The notes under the pieces were generated by a model. It was not told the DNA's origin, made no database searches, and saw only the letters and a list, made by a program, of their open reading frames with translations. Below, piece after piece: positions 60,849 through 64,000 of a stretch of 64,000 bases of DNA. The position numbers and the translations under genes are program-made. How positions within the stretch are numbered: the stretch's first letter is position 1; each line of letters begins with the position of its first letter. This DNA comes from an uncultured Gammaproteobacteria bacterium (lineage in GTDB: Bacteria > Pseudomonadota > Gammaproteobacteria > Steroidobacterales > Steroidobacteraceae): NCBI GenBank assembly GCA_963711435.1, contig CAVQEB010000001.1, forward strand, positions 17,943 through 81,942, given 5' to 3'.

Positions 60849-62710
60849 TACAGCTCGACCTGGGTCGCCAGCACGATCACGCGCCGCTCCGGCATGCGGA
60901 AGAATTCCGCCGCCTGGGTGCTGCGCCGCTGCATCCAGGCAAATATCCGCAGTCGCAATCCCTGATAGCCGCCCCGCGGCCGCGGCGTGACCAGGTGCCA
61001 GCCGAGGAAGAACGAGCAGTCCTGCGCAAACAGGTTCAGGCCGCGCTTGCGGCATTGGCGCAGCGCCTCACCGACATCCGGCGTTTCCATGAACCCGAAC
61101 CGCGCGGTCACCAGATGCACGCCGCCCGGAAGCGTTTCGATGCGCACCCGGTCGGCCGGATCCTGCCGCGGCGTGCGCTCAAATTCCATGTTCAGGAACA
61201 CGATGCGCTCGTGCAGCACGTGATTGTGCTCGAGATTGCGCAGCAGCGCGGTCGGGATGAAGCGCGGCTCGCTGACCAGGAACACCGCGGTGCCGGGCAC
61301 CCGGGTATTGCCGGCCAGCAGCGCCGGCAGCTCCTTGAGCGGCACCGCCATGTTGCGCAGCGCCGCGCGCAGCAGCCGGCGCCCGTATCTCCAGGTCATG
61401 AAAATCCCGAACATGATCAGCGCCAGCAGCAGCGGCACCCACGCGCCGTCCCAGATCTTGGTCAGATTGCTGACCAGGTACACCAGATCAACGAGCAGCA
61501 GCGGCCCGAACACGAGGCCAACAACCCAGGGCTTCCAGTGCACCTTGGTGCGCGCGAGGACAATGGCAAGAATGGTCGTTATGCCCATGGTGCCCGCCAC
61601 GGCCGCGCCGTAGGCCGAGCCGAGCGCATCCGAGGAGCGAAACCCAATGACAAACATGCAGACCGCCACGAATACCAGCGTGTTGACCACTGGCACGTAG
61701 ATCTGGCCGTGCTCGAGCGCCGAGGTCTGCAGGATCCGCAGCCGCGGCAGCAGATCGAGCTGGATCGCCTGACGCGTCACCGAGAACGCGCCGGTGATCG
61801 TTGCCTGCGAGGCAATGATGGTTGCGAACGTCGCCAGCAGCACCATCCACGGCAGCACCGCGAGCGGCACCAGCGCAAACAGCGGCTTGTGGGCCGCGCT
61901 CGGGTCGCCGAGGATCAGCGCGCCCTGACCGAAATAACTGAGCACCAGCGCCGGCCAGACAATGATGAACCAGGCGGCCCGTACCGGGCCCTTGCCGAAA
62001 TGGCCCATGTCGGCGTACAGGGCCTCGCCGCCGGTGAGCGACAGGAACACGGCGCCAAGCACGGCGAGCGACGCCGTGTGGTGTTTCAACAGCAGCAGCA
62101 CGCCGAGCCGGGGATCCAAGGCCTGAAGCACGATCGGGGCGCGCACGATGGCGCGTGCACCGGTAATGGCAAGCGCCAGGAACCAGACCAGCATCACCGG
62201 CCCGAACAGGCGCCCGACCCGCTCGGTGCCGCGGCTCTGGATCGCAAACAGCACCACAATGATGACCAGCGTGATCGGCACGACGAAACGACTGGCCGCC
62301 GGATTGAGCAGCTCCAGGCCTTCGACCGCGCTCAACACCGAAATGGCCGGGGTAATCAGCGCATCACAGTAAAACAGCGCCGCGCCCAGCACCGCGAGCG
62401 CGACCACCACGCGGCCCCAGCGAAAGCCATCTTCCAGTCGCCGCTGCACCAGCGCGAACAGCGACAGGATGCCGCCCTCGCCATCGTTGTCGGCGCGCAG
62501 CATCAGCACGATGTACTTGATCGTCACCACGATCAGCAGGCTCCAGAACACCAGCGACAGCACGCCGAGCACCGCGGCCGGACCCTGCGCCGTGCCACCG
62601 GCCGCATCGAGCGACTGCTCCAGCGCGTACAGGGGACTGGTGCCGATATCGCCGTACACGACACCGGTGGCGCCTAAAACCGCAGCGGTGGTGATCCGCC
62701 CGCGCTTCAT
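60848..62710 (-). CDS. kup: KUP/HAK/KT potassium transporter
   Basis: GVVYGDIGTSPLYAL, 12 hydrophobic segments + cytoplasmic tail; ATG 62710 in ATGA overlap with SET gene stop. Confidence 0.95.
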   Translation of the reverse strand: MKRGRITTAAVLGATGVVYGDIGTSPLYALEQSLDAAGGTAQGPAAVLGVLSLVFWSLLIVVTIKYIVLMLRADNDGEGGILSLFALVQRRLEDGFRWGRVVVALAVLGAALFYCDALITPAISVLSAVEGLELLNPAASRFVVPITLVIIVVLFAIQSRGTERVGRLFGPVMLVWFLALAITGARAIVRAPIVLQALDPRLGVLLLLKHHTASLAVLGAVFLSLTGGEALYADMGHFGKGPVRAAWFIIVWPALVLSYFGQGALILGDPSAAHKPLFALVPLAVLPWMVLLATFATIIASQATITGAFSVTRQAIQLDLLPRLRILQTSALEHGQIYVPVVNTLVFVAVCMFVIGFRSSDALGSAYGAAVAGTMGITTILAIVLARTKVHWKPWVVGLVFGPLLLVDLVYLVSNLTKIWDGAWVPLLLALIMFGIFMTWRYGRRLLRAALRNMAVPLKELPALLAGNTRVPGTAVFLVSEPRFIPTALLRNLEHNHVLHERIVFLNMEFERTPRQDPADRVRIETLPGGVHLVTARFGFMETPDVGEALRQCRKRGLNLFAQDCSFFLGWHLVTPRPRGGYQGLRLRIFAWMQRRSTQAAEFFRMPERRVIVLATQVEL

Positions 62711-63243
62711 GCAGGCCGCTTCCCCGCCGGCGCGGCCCGCCGCCGCTTGGGCCGCTTGACCGGCCACAGCATCGTGCCGCGGCAGCTCACCGCGCCGCAG
62801 CGGCAGGCGAAGATCTCATCGATGTTGTCCGGATCGTCGCGATCGCGCCCGATCTGATAATCGTAGGTGAGCTCCTCGCCCGGCTGAATGGTGCGGATCG
62901 CCTTTACAAACACGCGCCGGCCCGTGATCTCCGATTCGCAGTTCGGATCGCAGCCGTGGTTGATATAACGCGCATCGTTGCCGTTGACGCCGGCATCGAT
63001 CACGACGCCGCGATCGACGATGAACAGAAAGGTGTGATCGGCGTCGGTCAGCTTCTGGCTGTAACGAAGGTCCGCTTCGCGGTGCGAAATGCGGTCGCCC
63101 AGGTACTCGATGATGCGCGCGCCCTTGCGGATTTTGCGGATCGCAAAAGCGCCGTGCCCGTGCACGCGCGAGCGGCGCACTTCAAAGGGCTGCGGCGCCG
63201 GCCGGCCGGCGCCGCCCGGGCGTGGCTTTTTCGCGCTGCTCAT
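62707..63243 (-). CDS. SET-domain protein-lysine methyltransferase-like protein
   Basis: [31 protein letters not shown], post-SET-like [10 protein letters not shown]; ATG 63243 in ATGA overlap with thyA stop. Confidence 0.85.
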   Translation of the reverse strand: MSSAKKPRPGGAGRPAPQPFEVRRSRVHGHGAFAIRKIRKGARIIEYLGDRISHREADLRYSQKLTDADHTFLFIVDRGVVIDAGVNGNDARYINHGCDPNCESEITGRRVFVKAIRTIQPGEELTYDYQIGRDRDDPDNIDEIFACRCGAVSCRGTMLWPVKRPKRRRAAPAGKRPA

Positions 63244-64000
63244 ACCGCAATCGGGGCCTTGATCGCCGGATGGTGCTGGTAATTCAAGATCGCAAAATCC
63301 TCGTACTGATAATCGAAAATCGTCGGCGGCCGCCGCCGCAGCTGCAGCGTCGGCAGCGGATAGGGCGTGCGCGCCAGCTGCAGATCGGCCATTGGCAGAT
63401 GATTGAGGTACAGGTGACAATCGCCGCCGCTCCAGATGAACTCCCCGGGCACCAGATCGCACTGCTGCGCCATCATATGCGTGAGCAGCGCATACGATGC
63501 AATATTGAAGGGCACGCCCAGAAACACATCCGCGCTGCGCTGATACAGCTGGCAGCTGAGGCGGCCGGCGGCGACGTAGAACTGAAACAGCGCGTGACAC
63601 GGCTGCAGGTGCATCTGCTCGAGCTCACCGACATTCCAGGCGCTCACCATGATCCGGCGCGAGTCGGGGTTGCTCTTGAGCAGCGCCACCGCGGCACTGA
63701 TCTGGTCGATACTGCGCCCATCCGCGGTGCGCCAGGCACGCCACTGGCGGCCGTACACCGGGCCGAGCTCGCCGTGCTCGTCGGCCCATTCATCCCAGAT
63801 CGTGATGCCATGCTCGCGCAGGTAGGCGACGTTGGTGTCGCCGCGCAGGAACCACAGCAGCTCGTGCACGATGGCTGGCACGTGGATTTTCTTGGTGGTG
63901 AGCAGCGGCAGGCCGGCGCTGAGGTCGAACCTTAGTTGCATGCCAAATACTGACAGCGTCCCGGTGCCGGTCCGATCGTTCTTGGGCGCCCCATGCTCGC
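63240..64000 (-). CDS. thyA: thymidylate synthase (5' end beyond right edge)
   Basis: [52 protein letters not shown]; frame stays open to position 64000. Confidence 0.95.
   Translation of the reverse strand, partial: EHGAPKNDRTGTGTLSVFGMQLRFDLSAGLPLLTTKKIHVPAIVHELLWFLRGDTNVAYLREHGITIWDEWADEHGELGPVYGRQWRAWRTADGRSIDQISAAVALLKSNPDSRRIMVSAWNVGELEQMHLQPCHALFQFYVAAGRLSCQLYQRSADVFLGVPFNIASYALLTHMMAQQCDLVPGEFIWSGGDCHLYLNHLPMADLQLARTPYPLPTLQLRRRPPTIFDYQYEDFAILNYQHHPAIKAPIAV

Noticed and set aside
60995-62677. 560-aa plus-strand ORF
   Set aside because: Antisense of kup. Arg/His/Gln/Pro-rich low-complexity translation. kup has unmistakable transporter signatures.

Overview
High-GC proteobacterial chromosome segment. 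Gene order and protein signatures look gammaproteobacterial (Xanthomonadales/Pseudomonas-like); this is inference only. The window has two parts.

(1) Positions ~1-12349 are accessory DNA abutting the 3' end of an intact tRNA-Met (12350-12426, minus strand). Three truncated, co-oriented tRNA(CAU) 3'-half copies (789-832, 6685-6728, 9255-9289) subdivide it into cargo modules:
- a chromate/arsenic module: frameshifted chrA, an arsR-arsI-arsN2-arsC-aquaglyceroporin operon with no efflux pump, and an OsmC-like gene with a divergent AraC regulator;
- an envelope module: a BON lipoprotein and a protein with a C-terminal GT51 glycosyltransferase domain;
- a single 863-aa lipoprotein with 5 IPT/TIG repeats and a PQQ-like beta-propeller.
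No integrase or transposase is visible.

(2) Positions 12350-64000 are a dense housekeeping core, in this order:
- ychF-pth-rplY-prs-tRNA-Gln-ispE-lolB-TPR
- prfA/prmC, ppiB, mtgA, yhhQ, hslO, gatCAB
- mreBCD-mrdA-rodA-mltB-rlpA-dacA-dat
- a small metabolic insert with an RRM protein
- ybeD/lipBA, murU-amgK
- lptD-surA-pdxA-rsmA-usp-apaG-apaH
- a kynurenine-pathway cluster
- a Tat-exported flavoprotein
- thyA-SET-kup-folA

No CRISPR array, rRNA, transposase, or recognisable defence or toxin-antitoxin system was found. Four apparent single-base frameshifts in short nucleotide runs (ORF at ~272, chrA, murU and the essential lptD) point to assembly indels or real decay. I do not see a clear-cut novel multi-gene system. 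The most unusual items are the tRNA-fragment-delimited modules, the C-terminal GT51 fusion, the overlap-coupled thyA-SET-kup-folA operon, and a G7 tract upstream of the flavoprotein.
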